In this document: piece after piece, positions 29,273-40,740 of the stretch
How positions within the stretch are numbered: the stretch's first letter is position 1
Layout of the letters: each line of letters opens with the position of its first letter
Assembly: GCA_046160545.1 (NCBI GenBank)
Contig: JBJXGS010000322.1
Location: 23,408-87,407, forward strand
DNA length: 64,000 nt
From: Burkholderiales bacterium
GTDB taxonomy: Bacteria; Pseudomonadota; Gammaproteobacteria; Burkholderiales; JAEUOS01
Reading direction: 5' to 3'
The notes under the pieces: generated by a model
Seen by the model: only the letters and a program-made list of their open reading frames with translations
Databases searched by the model: none
Told to the model about the DNA's origin: nothing
Program-made: the position numbers and the translations under genes

Positions 29273-30322
29273 ATGCCGGATTTCTGGCTCCACTCCGGCT
29301 TTCATCTCACTGAGCCGGGCGAAAACGGCGAGCGTCTCGTCACCGACGACTTGTTGCGTGCCTTCTGCGCACGACCTGAATTGGCTCCGGTCGATGAGTC
29401 GTGCAGCAATGAAAGGGCTTTGTTCGCGTCACTCATGGAGGACCCGCGCGCAGCGGTCGGGGAGGCTCGCATCAATGAAATCGCCGATGCCGACGCGCGC
29501 GACAACTACCGCATATTCCTGCGCTTTCGCGATCTGCTGGTACGCGCCGGCACGATCGAGCGCGCCTACTCGTCCCTGTTTGTCGCGGCCGACGGAACGG
29601 CGCTCGATTTCGCCACGCACGGCCTGCCACCCTTGTTCGCCGAACAACTCGCCCATATCGCCGTCCGCGCGGCGATCGACCCGTGCGATGACCCATTGGT
29701 AGCGCGCGCAGCGGAGCTGTTCTTTCGCGACCAGCGTGCCAACGTCGATGAAGGCCAGGTGCTGCTTGCAGATCAGGAAACGGTTGAGTTGAGCGCTCGA
29801 CCAGACGACGGCAGGTATGGCAACCTTGGCCGACTCATCACCGAAGCCCAGACGCCGCTCAAGCGCATCGAGCTCGAAGTTTTGTCCGAGGCAAACGGCG
29901 CCACTTACTGGGCGCGCGACGAACGTCACGACACCGTGCTCGCCATACATTTCGGCCAAGCGGGGCTCAAGGCACTATGTAGCGTCATCGCCGCATGGGT
30001 GCTGCGCTTCCACGGCATCGCAACCGAAATCAGGCCGATACGATCGGTCGAGCGCGCCCGGCTGCGTTGGTTCACCGGACTGGATCGGCACGCCACCCGC
30101 ATACTCAATGCTCTCTATAATGGAGACTCCACCGCGAATGATGGTGATTCCGACGACGCGCAGTTGCTGGCTCTGCTGGAATTGCGGGTTCCGTCTGGAG
30201 AAGCTGGCAACCTGCGTGCCGGAGAATCTTGTTATCTCGGTATCGCTATGGATCAGGACCGCGTCGTTCGCTTCAAACCGCAGAACCTGCTTCTAAATCT
30301 TCCCTTTCGCCGCGACGCATGA
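29273..30322 (+). CDS. conserved hypothetical protein (I believe DUF6352 family; needs an HMM check)
   Basis: ATG at 29273 (MPDFWLHSGFHL...); the track ORF begins at TTG 29264. Acidic, soluble, no recognisable catalytic motif. Its stop overlaps the alkA-like start (ATGA). Confidence 0.55.
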   Translation: MPDFWLHSGFHLTEPGENGERLVTDDLLRAFCARPELAPVDESCSNERALFASLMEDPRAAVGEARINEIADADARDNYRIFLRFRDLLVRAGTIERAYSSLFVAADGTALDFATHGLPPLFAEQLAHIAVRAAIDPCDDPLVARAAELFFRDQRANVDEGQVLLADQETVELSARPDDGRYGNLGRLITEAQTPLKRIELEVLSEANGATYWARDERHDTVLAIHFGQAGLKALCSVIAAWVLRFHGIATEIRPIRSVERARLRWFTGLDRHATRILNALYNGDSTANDGDSDDAQLLALLELRVPSGEAGNLRAGESCYLGIAMDQDRVVRFKPQNLLLNLPFRRDA

Positions 30323-30957
30323 GTTCATCCCCGGTAGTCAGTTCGCCGCCGTACTGGGACCAGGCCAAGCGCGAACTGATCAAGTGCGACCGGGTACTGC
30401 GCAAGCTGATCCCTCATCATCCGGATGCCTGCCTGGTGTCGCGCGGCAACCCCTTCGTCACTCTGGCACGCTCGATCGTCGGCCAGCAGATCTCGGTCCC
30501 TGCGGCACAGGCAGTATGGGATCGCTTGACGGTCGCGATCCCGGACTTTCGCCCGGCCAAGGTTGCCCGGGTCCGCGTGGAACGGATGCGGGCCTGTGGA
30601 CTCTCGCTGCGCAAGGCCGAGTACATTCATGATCTCGCGGCACACTTTCGCCAGGGCGGCATGGATATCAACGACTGGCGCAGCCTGGATGATGAAGCGG
30701 TTATTCAGGCGCTGACGCAAATCCGCGGTGTCGGCCGCTGGACAGCCGAAATGTTCCTCATTTTCAACCTGATGCGTCCGGATATCCTGCCGATCGACGA
30801 CATCGGGCTTCAGCGCGCAGTCAGCCAGCATTACTTCGGCGGCGAGCCGGTCACGCGCGCGGAACTGCGCGAGGTTGGCGGCAATTGGGCGCCATGGCGT
30901 TCGGTCGGTGTCTGGTTCATGTGGCGCAGCCTGGATCCGATCGCCGTCGAGTACTAA
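30319..30957 (+). CDS. DNA-3-methyladenine glycosylase II-like (HhH-GPD superfamily)
   Basis: ATG at 30319. HhH-GPD hallmarks: [25 protein letters not shown] and LPIDDIGL (catalytic Asp context). Confidence 0.85.
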   Translation: MSSSPVVSSPPYWDQAKRELIKCDRVLRKLIPHHPDACLVSRGNPFVTLARSIVGQQISVPAAQAVWDRLTVAIPDFRPAKVARVRVERMRACGLSLRKAEYIHDLAAHFRQGGMDINDWRSLDDEAVIQALTQIRGVGRWTAEMFLIFNLMRPDILPIDDIGLQRAVSQHYFGGEPVTRAELREVGGNWAPWRSVGVWFMWRSLDPIAVEY

Positions 30958-30979
30958 GAGCGGGGGAGGGGAGGGATTC

Positions 30980-31948
30980 ATGAGCAAGCCGGTGTTTCTC
31001 GAATTCGAGCAACCGCTCGCCGATCTCGAGGCTCAGATCGAGGAGTTGCGCTTCGCGCAAGGCGATTCTGCCGTGGCGATTTCCAAAGAGGTCGACAAGC
31101 TGGTGCGCAAAAGCCAGACCTTGACCCGCGAGATCTATGCCAAGCTCACCCCCTGGCAGGTGTCGCAAGTCGCGCGCCACCCGCAGCGCCCGTACACCCT
31201 TGATTACATCAACTCGATCTTCACCGACTTCGAGGAGTTGCACGGCGACCGCGCCTTCGCCGACGACGCGGCCATTGTGGGAGGCCTGGCGCGATTTGCC
31301 GGCCGCGCGTGCGTGGTTCTAGGACACCAGAAGGGCCGCGACACGCGCGAGCGGGCGCGGCGCAACTTCGGCATGCCGCGACCTGAGGGGTATCGCAAGG
31401 CCCTGCGCCTGATGCGCCTGGCTGAGCGCTTCGAGTTGCCGCTGTTCTGTTTTGTGGATACGCCGGGTGCCTATCCCGGAGTCGGTGCCGAGGAACGCGG
31501 CCAATCGGAGGCGATCGGGCGCAATCTGTCGACCTTGGCCGAACTGCGTGTGCCAGTGATCGTGACCGTGATCGGCGAAGGGGGTTCGGGCGGCGCCCTG
31601 GCGATCGCCGTCGGTGATGTCGTGATGATGCTGCAATACGCAACCTATTCCGTGATTTCCCCGGAAGGCTGCGCCTCGATCCTGTGGAAGAGCGCCGAAC
31701 GCGCCGCCGACGCCGCAGAGACCCTGGGTATCACGGCCCAGCGCCTTAAGTCTCTCGGGTTGATCGACCGAATCATCACCGAGCCCCCGGGAGGCGCGCA
31801 CCGCGATCCGCGCGCCATGGCCGACGCTGTCAAGAAAGCGATCGCCGATGCGCTGCGAGAGGTCTCCGGCGTCGCCATTGAAGAGTTGCTTGCGCGGCGT
31901 TACGAGCGCCTGATGCAGCATGGCCGCTTCGAGGAAACTCCCGCCTGA
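30980..31948 (+). CDS. accA: acetyl-CoA carboxylase carboxyltransferase alpha subunit
   Basis: ATG at 30980. LDFEQP-type N-terminus ([18 protein letters not shown]) and ...[23 protein letters not shown]-like block. Confidence 0.95.
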   Translation: MSKPVFLEFEQPLADLEAQIEELRFAQGDSAVAISKEVDKLVRKSQTLTREIYAKLTPWQVSQVARHPQRPYTLDYINSIFTDFEELHGDRAFADDAAIVGGLARFAGRACVVLGHQKGRDTRERARRNFGMPRPEGYRKALRLMRLAERFELPLFCFVDTPGAYPGVGAEERGQSEAIGRNLSTLAELRVPVIVTVIGEGGSGGALAIAVGDVVMMLQYATYSVISPEGCASILWKSAERAADAAETLGITAQRLKSLGLIDRIITEPPGGAHRDPRAMADAVKKAIADALREVSGVAIEELLARRYERLMQHGRFEETPA

Positions 31949-32954
31949 AAAATGGGCGACCATCCGCGCCGCTCTCAAGGCAGGGCTCGCGGACCTTTGC
32001 ACGCGGTCAGGCCGCAATCTGGACATTGCAGTCGGATATTCGGGCGGGCTGGATTCGACCGTGCTGCTGGACGCCCTGGCGCGGCTTGCCCCGCGCGCCG
32101 AGTGGCAACTGCGCGCGGTCCACGTAAACCACGGCCTCTCCCCACACGCTTGCGACTGGCAGGCACACTGCGCGAACGCATGCGCCAAACGCGGGATTCC
32201 CTTCTTCAACAGCACGATAACGGTCAGTCGCGCCCCGCGCACCAGCCTTGAGGAAGAGGCGCGACGCGAGCGCTATCGCGTCCTCAACGGCAGCGGGGCC
32301 GATGTCGTGGCACTTGCCCATCACGCCAATGACCAGGCCGAGACCATCCTGCTGCAACTTCTACGCGGTGCCGGCCCGCACGGAATATCGGCAATGCCGC
32401 GCCTGCGGGTCGAAGCAGGTAAGCCATGGACCTGGCGCCCGCTGCTGGAACTACCGCGCACCGTGCTTGAAACCTATGCGCACAGCGCGGGGCTCGCCTG
32501 GATCGAGGACCAGAGCAATGCAGACCTGGATTTGCGGCGCAATTTCGTGAGGCACCGCGTGCTGCCGCTTCTTGCACAGGCATTTCCGGCACCGGTGCAA
32601 ACCCTGGCTCGGGCAGCAAACTTGCAGGCCGAGGCAGCCGAGTTGATTTCCAGTATGGCACGCGACGACCTGGAAGCCGTGCGCCGCGAAAACGCGCTGG
32701 ATTGCGATGCGCTGGCTAGGTACTCCCGGGTTCGCCAGTCCAACCTGCTGCGCGAATGGATCGCCCAGGCCGGCCTGCGTGCCCCCTCCGCCGCGCGCTT
32801 GAACGCCCTTCAAGTCAGCCTCGCCGGACGCGCCGGCAAATTGCGCTGGGAGCACGCCGGCTGGCTGGTGCTCGCGCGACGCAAACGCTTGTTTCTGGTT
32901 AGTGCGGATGATCTCCAGGGCATAGAACGCGTGTCTGGAAAGGTGGGCCTCTGA
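31920..32954 (+). CDS. tilS: tRNA(Ile)-lysidine synthase
   Basis: PP-loop [12 protein letters not shown]. accA-tilS synteny. Overlaps accA by 29 nt. Confidence 0.9.
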   Translation: MAASRKLPPEKWATIRAALKAGLADLCTRSGRNLDIAVGYSGGLDSTVLLDALARLAPRAEWQLRAVHVNHGLSPHACDWQAHCANACAKRGIPFFNSTITVSRAPRTSLEEEARRERYRVLNGSGADVVALAHHANDQAETILLQLLRGAGPHGISAMPRLRVEAGKPWTWRPLLELPRTVLETYAHSAGLAWIEDQSNADLDLRRNFVRHRVLPLLAQAFPAPVQTLARAANLQAEAAELISSMARDDLEAVRRENALDCDALARYSRVRQSNLLREWIAQAGLRAPSAARLNALQVSLAGRAGKLRWEHAGWLVLARRKRLFLVSADDLQGIERVSGKVGL

Positions 32955-32960
32955 TATAAT
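32952..32960 (+). promoter_or_regulatory. extended -10 promoter element for ndk
   Basis: TGATATAAT (TGn + TATAAT), 63 nt upstream of the ndk ATG. No good -35 element. Confidence 0.45.
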
Positions 32961-33022
32961 TTCGGGCTGTCCCGATCGCCGTTTGGCGATTCCAATTCCT
33001 TCATTCTTTGGAGTTTTTTCTC

Positions 33023-33448
33023 ATGGCTCGCGAGCGCACCCTTTCGATCATCAAGCCCGATGCAGTGGCCAAAAACGTGATCGGCAAGATCTACCAGCGC
33101 TTCGAGGACGCCGGTCTTGCCGTTATCGCTGCGCGCTTGATGCATTTGTCCCGCAGCCAGGCCGAGGGCTTCTACGCGGTGCATCGCGAGCGGCCATTTT
33201 TCAAGGACCTGGTTGAATTCATGATCTCCGGACCGGTCATGGTGCAGGTGCTGGAGGGCGAAAATGCCATCGCACGCAATCGCGACTTGATGGGTGCGAC
33301 TGATCCGCGCAAAGCCGCCGCCGGCACGATCCGCGCCGATTTTGCCGATTCAATCGACGCCAATGCCGTGCACGGCTCCGATGGTCCGGATACCGCTCGC
33401 GACGAGATCGCCTACTTTTTCGCGTCCCTGAACGTCCACTCGCGCTAG
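33023..33448 (+). CDS. ndk: nucleoside diphosphate kinase
   Basis: [16 protein letters not shown]-terminus and the NAVHGSD active-site His. ATG at 33023 (the track ORF begins at an upstream TTG). Confidence 0.97.
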   Translation: MARERTLSIIKPDAVAKNVIGKIYQRFEDAGLAVIAARLMHLSRSQAEGFYAVHRERPFFKDLVEFMISGPVMVQVLEGENAIARNRDLMGATDPRKAAAGTIRADFADSIDANAVHGSDGPDTARDEIAYFFASLNVHSR

Positions 33449-33463
33449 GCTCGTGCCGGACCG

Positions 33464-34585
33464 ATGCCGACCAATCTCCTCGATCTAGACGGCCCGTCGC
33501 TGCGCGCCTGGTTTGCGGAGCGCGGGCACAAGGCGTTTCGCGCACGCCAGGTCTGCAAATGGATGCATCAGCGCCTGGTCGATGACTTCGAACAGATGAC
33601 TGATCTGGCCCGCGAATTGCGCGAGCAACTCGCCGCCCAGGCATCGATCGTGGAGCCGCAGGTGATCAGCGACAAGACGGCAGCCGATGGGACGCGCAAG
33701 TGGCTCTTCGCAGCCGGGACCGGCAACGCGGTCGAGGCCGTGTTCATCCCCGAAGAACAGCGCGGGACACTGTGCGTTTCCACGCAAGCCGGGTGCGCCG
33801 TGGACTGCGCTTTCTGTTCGACCGGGAAGCAGGGTTTCGCTCGCAATTTGACAGTCGCCGAAATCGTCGGCCAGCTGCGACATGCCAATCGTGCCTTGCG
33901 CTCTCCGGCCAGTGAACGGCCGGTTACAAACGTGGTGCTGATGGGCATGGGGGAGCCTTTGCTCAACTTTGACAACACGATCGCAGCCTTGCGCGTAATG
34001 CTGGACGATGATGCCTACGGTCTGTCTCGACGTCGAGTGACGCTTTCGACGTCGGGCGTGGTTCCGATGATGGACAGACTGGCGCAAGCCTGTCCGGTAG
34101 CCCTCGCAGTATCGCTGCACGCTCCCAATGACCGCCTGCGCGACGAGCTGGTGCCGCTCAACCGCAAGTTTCCACTGGCTGAACTCATGGCGGCCTGTCA
34201 GCGCTACCTGCCATACGCACCACGAGATTTCGTGACATTCGAATATGTAATGCTCGATGGTGTCAACGATAGTGATGCCCAGGCGCGGGAGCTGCTTGCA
34301 CTGACACGCGACGTCCCTTGCAAGTTCAACCTGATCCCGTTCAATCCGTTCTCGGTATCGAATACCCGCATCGCGCTGCGGCGCTCCCCCGCGGCTCGCA
34401 TACGGCAGTTCGCCCAAGTTCTGGCGGCATCTGGCAAGGTAGTGACCACGCGCAAGACCCGCGGCGACGATATCGACGCGGCCTGCGGGCAGTTGGCCGG
34501 CTCGGTCGCGGACCGCACCGCCCGTGTGGTCCGACTGGAGCGACGTGATTCCGGTTTGCCTTCCGGCCACGCTGCCTTGGCCTGA
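33464..34585 (+). CDS. rlmN: 23S rRNA/tRNA (adenine-C2)-methyltransferase, radical SAM
   Basis: [11 protein letters not shown] radical-SAM cluster motif. ndk-rlmN synteny. Confidence 0.95.
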   Translation: MPTNLLDLDGPSLRAWFAERGHKAFRARQVCKWMHQRLVDDFEQMTDLARELREQLAAQASIVEPQVISDKTAADGTRKWLFAAGTGNAVEAVFIPEEQRGTLCVSTQAGCAVDCAFCSTGKQGFARNLTVAEIVGQLRHANRALRSPASERPVTNVVLMGMGEPLLNFDNTIAALRVMLDDDAYGLSRRRVTLSTSGVVPMMDRLAQACPVALAVSLHAPNDRLRDELVPLNRKFPLAELMAACQRYLPYAPRDFVTFEYVMLDGVNDSDAQARELLALTRDVPCKFNLIPFNPFSVSNTRIALRRSPAARIRQFAQVLAASGKVVTTRKTRGDDIDAACGQLAGSVADRTARVVRLERRDSGLPSGHAALA

Positions 34586-34608
34586 ATTAACTCCACGACG
34601 AGGCGATC

Positions 34609-35451
34609 ATGACGCAGATTCGGTCCTTGGCAGCCGGCGTGCTGGTGTTTTGCGCCGCATTGCTCGGCGGGTGCGCCGCAGGCAGCGGTTCGAGCGAGGG
34701 CATGATGCCAGGCGGCGCTCCGCCGCAACGCACCCAGACCCAGGAGGGATCACAGCGAAGCGCGCAGGCTGGCGGCATCGACAAGCCGGAAGTCGCGCGG
34801 ATTCGCACCGAACTGGCCTTCAACTACTTCCAGAACGGCCAGTTGGCAATCGCTCTTGAAGAGGTGCGCGCAGCAATCGCAGCCGACCCGAACAATGCAT
34901 CCGCGTTCAATATCCTCGGGCTCATCAACATGGACCTGGGGGACAACCCGCGCGCCGAAGAGGCATTTCGCCGCTCGCTGCAAATCGCACCCAATGACTC
35001 GGACCTGCTCAACAACTACGGCTGGTTCCTGTGTCAGACCAAGCGTGAACGCGAGTCGATTGACCGCTTTCTGGCCGCGCTCAAAAATCCTCTGTATCCA
35101 AGCCCCGACAAGGCCTATCTGAACGCTGGCATCTGCTCGCAACGACTCGGCAACGATGGTGCTGCTGAAGACTACTATCGCAAGGCCTTCTCGTTGAACC
35201 CCGGCAACCCATCGGTGTTGATGCGCATGTCGGACCTCTATTTCCGCCGCGGCTTGCTGGACGAAGCCCGCTTTTACGTCGACCGATTCAATCGCGCCTT
35301 CGAGGCAACCGCAGAATCACTGTGGCTGGCGCTGCGCATCGAGCGGCGCGCCGGTGATCGCGCTGCGGAGTCCAGTTTTGCAGCACAACTGCGTCGGCGC
35401 TACCCGAGCTCGCAGGAGTATCTGCTCATGCAACAGGGCAAGTTCGAGTGA
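34609..35451 (+). CDS. pilW: type IV pilus biogenesis/stability TPR lipoprotein PilW (PilF)
   Basis: Lipobox LLGGC, TPR repeats, and the conserved rlmN-pilW-rodZ-ispG position. Confidence 0.8.
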   Translation: MTQIRSLAAGVLVFCAALLGGCAAGSGSSEGMMPGGAPPQRTQTQEGSQRSAQAGGIDKPEVARIRTELAFNYFQNGQLAIALEEVRAAIAADPNNASAFNILGLINMDLGDNPRAEEAFRRSLQIAPNDSDLLNNYGWFLCQTKRERESIDRFLAALKNPLYPSPDKAYLNAGICSQRLGNDGAAEDYYRKAFSLNPGNPSVLMRMSDLYFRRGLLDEARFYVDRFNRAFEATAESLWLALRIERRAGDRAAESSFAAQLRRRYPSSQEYLLMQQGKFE

Positions 35452-36341
35452 GCGAAACCGCCGTCGAGGCCGTCCAGGAGGTCGCGCCGCCAAGCGCGAT
35501 GCCTTCGGTGGGCGCAACGCTCAAGGCTGAGCGTGAGCGTCAGGGCTTGGGTATTGCCGATGTTGCGCAGCGCCTCAAGTACGCACCTCGGCAAATCGTC
35601 GCCGTGGAATCCGACGACTATGCTGTGCTGCCGGGCCTGACTTTTGTGCGCGGCTTCGTGCGCAGCTACGCACGCGTTCTCGGGCTGCCTGCCGACCCGC
35701 TGATCGCGCAACTGGAATCGAGTGCCGACAGCGATCGCGGGCCGACCACCGTGCAGTTGCAGACAGTAATGCCAACCCGCGCGACCTTTTCGACAGCGGG
35801 CACCGCGCCGGCCCGAGCCGCACCGTGGCTCTTGGCCACTCTCGCCGTGGTGTTGGGACTGGGCGGCTATTCGTTGCTGCGCTGGAACGCACCGGCGCTG
35901 GTCATGGCACCTTCGGTACCGGCGCAACGAGCAGCAGGCACCCCCAACGCAGCTTCGACTTCTGCGGCTCAGGAGACAGTCGTCATGGCACCCGGGGCGC
36001 TGCAGTCCCCGGCTGCAACGCCTGAGCCCGCAGCGGCGAACGAAAGCGCGGCGCCCCGCAGTGCTGAATCCGTCGCGACGCCGGCGCCCGGCACAATCCC
36101 CGGCGCGATCCAGTTGCGCTTGGTATACAGCGGAGAATCCTGGACCGAGATTCGCGACGCCGATGGCCGCGTGCTCCTCTCGCGCAGCAATGCCGCAGGC
36201 AGCGAGCAGACTGCCGAGGGCCGCCCGCCATTCGATGTCGTAGTCGGCAACGCACGTGACGTGCGCCTCTTTTATCGCGGCGCGGAAGTCGACCTCAAGC
36301 CCTACATCAAGGTCTCGGTCGCTCGGCTGACCCTGAACTAG
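35448..36341 (+). CDS. rodZ: RodZ-like cytoskeleton protein (HTH + TM + DUF4115)
   Basis: GTG start overlapping the pilW stop. N-terminal HTH ([20 protein letters not shown]), a central TM, and a C-terminal [18 protein letters not shown] block. Confidence 0.8.
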   Translation: MSETAVEAVQEVAPPSAMPSVGATLKAERERQGLGIADVAQRLKYAPRQIVAVESDDYAVLPGLTFVRGFVRSYARVLGLPADPLIAQLESSADSDRGPTTVQLQTVMPTRATFSTAGTAPARAAPWLLATLAVVLGLGGYSLLRWNAPALVMAPSVPAQRAAGTPNAASTSAAQETVVMAPGALQSPAATPEPAAANESAAPRSAESVATPAPGTIPGAIQLRLVYSGESWTEIRDADGRVLLSRSNAAGSEQTAEGRPPFDVVVGNARDVRLFYRGAEVDLKPYIKVSVARLTLN

Positions 36342-36343
36342 AC

Positions 36344-37597
36344 ATGTCCCATCCAGCCGTCGCCACCCGCCGACCCAGCCGCAAGGTGCTGATCCGCCAC
36401 GGCTCGCATGAGGTCGCGGTCGGGGGAGATGCACCAGTCATGGTGCAGTCCATGACCAATACCGATACTGCCGATGCCATCGCGACCTCGATCCAGGTCA
36501 AGGAGTTGGCACGCGCCGGGTCGGAGGTTGTGCGTGTCACGGTCAACACCGCCGAGGCCGCTGCCGCCGTGCCGGAAATCCGTGAACGCCTGGACCGGAT
36601 GGGTATCGCCACCCCGCTCATCGGTGATTTTCATTTCAACGGACACAAGCTGCTTGCCGAACATCCGGGCTGCGCGGCTGCCTTGTCCAAGTACCGCATC
36701 AACCCAGGCAACGTCGGCCGTGGCGCGCGACGCGATGACAATTTCGCGCGCATGATCGATATCGCGCTTTTGCACTCCAAGCCGGTGCGCATCGGGGTCA
36801 ACTGGGGCAGCCTGGACCAGGCGCTGGCAACCCGGATGATGGACGAGAACGCGGCGCGCCCTGACCCCTGGCCGGCCGATGCCGTATTGCGCGAGGCCCT
36901 GATCGTATCGACGCTCGATAGCGCCGCGCGCGCCTGCGAGCTGGGACTGCCTGGTGACGCGATCGTGCTGTCTTGCAAGGTAAGCGGCGTGCAGGACCTT
37001 ATCGCCGTCTACCGTGACCTGGCGCGACGCTGCGACTATCCGCTGCACCTGGGATTGACCGAGGCGGGCATGGGTTCCAAGGGCATCGTCGCGTCAACCG
37101 CGGCGCTCGCGGTCTTGCTGCAGGAGGGGATCGGAGACACGATCCGTGTTTCCCTGACACCGGAACCCGGCGGCGACCGCACTCGCGAAGTCGTAGTTGC
37201 GCAGGAGATTCTTCAAACCATGGGCATCCGCTCATTCGCTCCCATGGTGATCGCTTGTCCAGGCTGCGGCCGCACCACCAGCACGGTTTTTCAGTCGCTG
37301 GCCGCGCAAATTCAGGAATATCTGCGTGCGCAGATGCCGGTTTGGCGCACGCGTCATCCGGGGGTTGAAGACATGCACGTCGCCGTCATGGGCTGCGTGG
37401 TCAACGGCCCCGGAGAATCCAAGCAGGCCAACATCGGCATCAGTCTGCCCGGTACCGGCGAATCCCCGGTGGCCCCCGTCTACGTCGACGGCGAAAAAAC
37501 TGTGACCCTCAAAGGGGAGAACATCGCCCGCGAATTCCAGGCCATCGTCGAGGACTATGTGCAGCGCAAGTATTCGGCTGCCGAAGCGACCGCATGA
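36344..37597 (+). CDS. ispG: 4-hydroxy-3-methylbut-2-enyl diphosphate synthase
   Basis: 417 aa. [11 protein letters not shown] and ACPGCGRT Fe-S motifs. Confidence 0.95.
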   Translation: MSHPAVATRRPSRKVLIRHGSHEVAVGGDAPVMVQSMTNTDTADAIATSIQVKELARAGSEVVRVTVNTAEAAAAVPEIRERLDRMGIATPLIGDFHFNGHKLLAEHPGCAAALSKYRINPGNVGRGARRDDNFARMIDIALLHSKPVRIGVNWGSLDQALATRMMDENAARPDPWPADAVLREALIVSTLDSAARACELGLPGDAIVLSCKVSGVQDLIAVYRDLARRCDYPLHLGLTEAGMGSKGIVASTAALAVLLQEGIGDTIRVSLTPEPGGDRTREVVVAQEILQTMGIRSFAPMVIACPGCGRTTSTVFQSLAAQIQEYLRAQMPVWRTRHPGVEDMHVAVMGCVVNGPGESKQANIGISLPGTGESPVAPVYVDGEKTVTLKGENIAREFQAIVEDYVQRKYSAAEATA

Positions 37598-38904
37598 GCG
37601 CGCAACGTGCATTCAGCGGCGTAAAGGGCATGAACGACCTGCTGCCTGCCGACGCTGGCATGTGGCAGGCGCTGGAACGGCAGGTGGCAGGCTGGCTGGA
37701 CAGCTACGGCTATCGGCCGATGCGAACGCCGGTGCTGGAGGCGACTGGTTTGTTCCGGCGCGGCATCGGCGAGGTCACCGACATTGTCGAGAAGGAGATG
37801 TTCAGCTTCACCGACCGTCTGAACGGCGATGAACTGACATTGCGGCCGGAATTCACCGCCGGGATCGTGCGCGCAACCGTCGAGCACAGCCTCCTGTATG
37901 ACGGACCCAAGCGAGTCTTCTCGATCGGCCCGGTGTTTCGCCACGAACGCCCGCAGCGTGGCAGGTATCGCCAATTCCACCAGATCGACGTGGAGGCGCT
38001 CGGATACTCCGGACCTGACGTTGATGCGGAATTGATCCTCATGGGGCGCCGCCTCTGGCGCGATCTGGGCCTGGCCGACGTGCGCCTGGAGATCAATACC
38101 CTGGGCGAGTCCACCGAGCGCCTGGCGCATCGCGCAGGCCTGATCGAGTATTTCGAACGCCATGCAAGTTCGCTCGACGAAGATGCCCGCCGTCGCCTGC
38201 ATACCAATCCGTTGCGCATTCTGGATACCAAGAACCCGGCAATGCGTTCTCTCGTCGAGGACGCGCCGCGCCTCGCTGATCACCTCGGAGGGGCCTCGCG
38301 TGCGCATTTCGACGGCCTGCGTGGCATGCTCGATGACGCCGGCATCGCCTACCAGGTCAACCCGCGCATGGTGCGCGGGCTGGATTACTACAATCTCACG
38401 GTTTTCGAATGGATCACCGATTCCCTGGGCAGCCAGGGAACCATTTGTGGTGGCGGACGTTACGACGGCCTGATCGAATTGTTTGGCGGAAAACCGGCGC
38501 CGGCAATTGGCTTCGCCATCGGCATCGAAAGGCTTGTCGAGTTGGTACGCGCCGCGGGTGTACTGAAGGCGGACGAAGGCTGTGACGTCTATGTCGTGCA
38601 TGCGGGCCAGGCCGCCGACCGCGGAGCATTGCGCATCGCCGAGGCGCTGCGTGAATGCGGACTCGAGGTAGTACAAAATTGCGGCGGCGGCTCGTTCAAG
38701 TCCCAATTGAAGCGGGCTGACGCCAGCGGCGCCGAGCTGGCCGTCATCCTGGGTGACGACGAGATGGCCACTGCAAGCGCAACGCTCAAGCCCCTGCGTC
38801 GTGACGCCGTCCAGGAACGGGTACCGCAGGACCAATTGCCAGGGCGTGTCATCGCGCTCCTGACCGGCGACGGTGTCACTGTCGCAGACCAACCAAACGG
38901 ATAG
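37594..38904 (+). CDS. hisS: histidine--tRNA ligase
   Basis: Class II motif 2 region [24 protein letters not shown] overlap with ispG. Confidence 0.95.
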   Translation: MSAQRAFSGVKGMNDLLPADAGMWQALERQVAGWLDSYGYRPMRTPVLEATGLFRRGIGEVTDIVEKEMFSFTDRLNGDELTLRPEFTAGIVRATVEHSLLYDGPKRVFSIGPVFRHERPQRGRYRQFHQIDVEALGYSGPDVDAELILMGRRLWRDLGLADVRLEINTLGESTERLAHRAGLIEYFERHASSLDEDARRRLHTNPLRILDTKNPAMRSLVEDAPRLADHLGGASRAHFDGLRGMLDDAGIAYQVNPRMVRGLDYYNLTVFEWITDSLGSQGTICGGGRYDGLIELFGGKPAPAIGFAIGIERLVELVRAAGVLKADEGCDVYVVHAGQAADRGALRIAEALRECGLEVVQNCGGGSFKSQLKRADASGAELAVILGDDEMATASATLKPLRRDAVQERVPQDQLPGRVIALLTGDGVTVADQPNG

Positions 38905-38920
38905 CGAAAGACCGATCATC

Positions 38921-39574
38921 ATGGCAGCTCTCGATCTGGAAGAACAGGAACAACTCGACCAACTCAAGGCCTGGTGGCAGAAGAACGGCAACCTCGTGGT
39001 GACGGCGATCACACTGGTGTTCCTGGCGATCGCCGGCGTCAACGGCTGGAACTATTACAAGTCCAGCCAGGCCGGTGCGGCGGCGACCGTATTCGAAGGC
39101 TTGCAAAAGCTGTCCGAGAAGAACGAACCGGCCAAGGTGGTCGAGGCCGCGAAAGCCCTGGCTGAGCAGTACCCACGCAGCACCTTCGCTGCGATGGGGC
39201 AATTCATCGCCGCCAAGTCGGCCTTTGACGCGAACGACCTTGCGGCTGCACGCACTGCCCTGCAGTGGGTGATGGACAAGTCTTCCGACGACGAACTCAA
39301 GCATTTGGCGCGGGTTCGCCTGGCCGGCGTCATGGTTGACCAGAAGGAATTCGACGCAGCACTCAAGCTTCTGGAGACGGCCCGGCCGGCACACTTTGAG
39401 GCGCTCTATGCCGACCGGCGCGGCGATGCCCTCTATGCCATGGGCAAGCCCGCTGATGCGCGCGGCGCCTGGGAGTCCGCCCTCGCCAAGTCCGAGGGCA
39501 GCGGTGCGCTGAAATCCGCGATCGAGTTCAAGCTCGATCTGGTCGGCGGCAAAGCACTCCCGGCCAAGTCGTGA
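38921..39574 (+). CDS. yfgM: YfgM-family membrane-anchored TPR-like protein
   Basis: ATG at 38921. EEQEQLDQLKAWWQKNGN followed by a TM helix. hisS-yfgM-bamB synteny. Confidence 0.75.
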   Translation: MAALDLEEQEQLDQLKAWWQKNGNLVVTAITLVFLAIAGVNGWNYYKSSQAGAAATVFEGLQKLSEKNEPAKVVEAAKALAEQYPRSTFAAMGQFIAAKSAFDANDLAAARTALQWVMDKSSDDELKHLARVRLAGVMVDQKEFDAALKLLETARPAHFEALYADRRGDALYAMGKPADARGAWESALAKSEGSGALKSAIEFKLDLVGGKALPAKS

Positions 39575-40740
39575 GCATCAGGCGCCACGCGCTGCTGTGG
39601 CTGGCGCTCCTGACGGGCGCCTGCAGCGGCCTATCGGCGTTGAATCCGTTCAATTGGTGGGGCAACCCGGTCGGCCCACAGCCCACCCCATTGACCGACA
39701 TCAAACCGACGCTGACCATCACGCCGATGTGGCGTGCCGGAGTCGGAGCTGCGCCTGGCCACCGCTTCGCTCCCGCAATCACCGGCGGAACCGTGTTCGC
39801 CGCCGGCCAGGATGGCAGCCTGGCGGCGTTCGACGCCGGAGATGGCAAGCAGAAGTGGCGCATCCAGGCCAATCGCGACGGACTCTCTGCCGGCGTCGGC
39901 GCTGACCGCGATACGGTGGTGGTGGCGACGATCAAGGGCGAAGTTCTTGCATTCGACGCCGCGGGCCGGGAGAAATGGAAAAGCCGCGTGACCAGCGAAG
40001 TGCTCGCTGTCCCGCTGGTCAGTCAGGACCTGGTGATTGTCCGCAGCAACGACAACCGGCTTTTCGCTTTCGATGCGACCGACGGGCGGCGTCGCTGGGT
40101 GTATCAGCGCGCCGCGCCTGCGCTGGTGTTGCGCAATTTCGCGGGCATGACAGCCGCTGATGCTTCGATCTTCGTGGGCTTTCCCGGGGGCCGGCTGATT
40201 GCTCTGAACCGCAGCAACGGCAGCGTGCGTTGGGACGCGGCCGTCGCCCAGCCGCGCGGCGCGACCGAACTGGAGCGCATCGCCGACCTTTCCAGCGCGC
40301 CCGCGATGGGTGACCGGATGGTCTGCGCCGTTGCCTTTCAGGGCAGGGCGGCATGTTTTGACCCCGGCAATGGCCAGCCGTTATGGACTCGTGAGATGTC
40401 CAGCCACGCCGGAATCGCGGTTGACGCCCGCTACGCCTATGTCAGTGACGATCGTTCGGCCGTGGTCGGTCTGGCGGCTGGCAGCGGATCGAGTCTATGG
40501 CGCCAGGATCGTTTGCTGCACCGCGGCGTCTCAGCCCCCCTTTCCCTTGGTCGCGCGGTTCTCGTCGGCGACTATCAGGGAGTGGTGCACGCGCTGGCGC
40601 GCGAAGACGGAACGCTGATCGGGCGTGTGCAGACCGACGGCGGATGGATCGGATCCGGCCCATTGCCCTTAAACCTGCCCGGGCGCGATTCGTTCGTCGT
40701 GCAGACGCGCAGTGGCGGTCTGTTCGCCTTTTCGCTCTAG
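39571..40740 (+). CDS. bamB: outer-membrane protein assembly factor BamB
   Basis: GTG start. Lipobox LLTGAC. PQQ-like beta-propeller repeats. Synteny supports the call. Confidence 0.88.
   Translation: MSIRRHALLWLALLTGACSGLSALNPFNWWGNPVGPQPTPLTDIKPTLTITPMWRAGVGAAPGHRFAPAITGGTVFAAGQDGSLAAFDAGDGKQKWRIQANRDGLSAGVGADRDTVVVATIKGEVLAFDAAGREKWKSRVTSEVLAVPLVSQDLVIVRSNDNRLFAFDATDGRRRWVYQRAAPALVLRNFAGMTAADASIFVGFPGGRLIALNRSNGSVRWDAAVAQPRGATELERIADLSSAPAMGDRMVCAVAFQGRAACFDPGNGQPLWTREMSSHAGIAVDARYAYVSDDRSAVVGLAAGSGSSLWRQDRLLHRGVSAPLSLGRAVLVGDYQGVVHALAREDGTLIGRVQTDGGWIGSGPLPLNLPGRDSFVVQTRSGGLFAFSL

Noticed and set aside
33485-34570. 361-aa ORF antisense to rlmN
   Set aside because: Antisense artefact. 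rlmN on the plus strand carries the radical-SAM motif.
37555-39042. 495-aa ORF antisense to hisS/yfgM
   Set aside because: Same reasoning. It overlaps two well-supported plus-strand genes and contains no recognisable domain.
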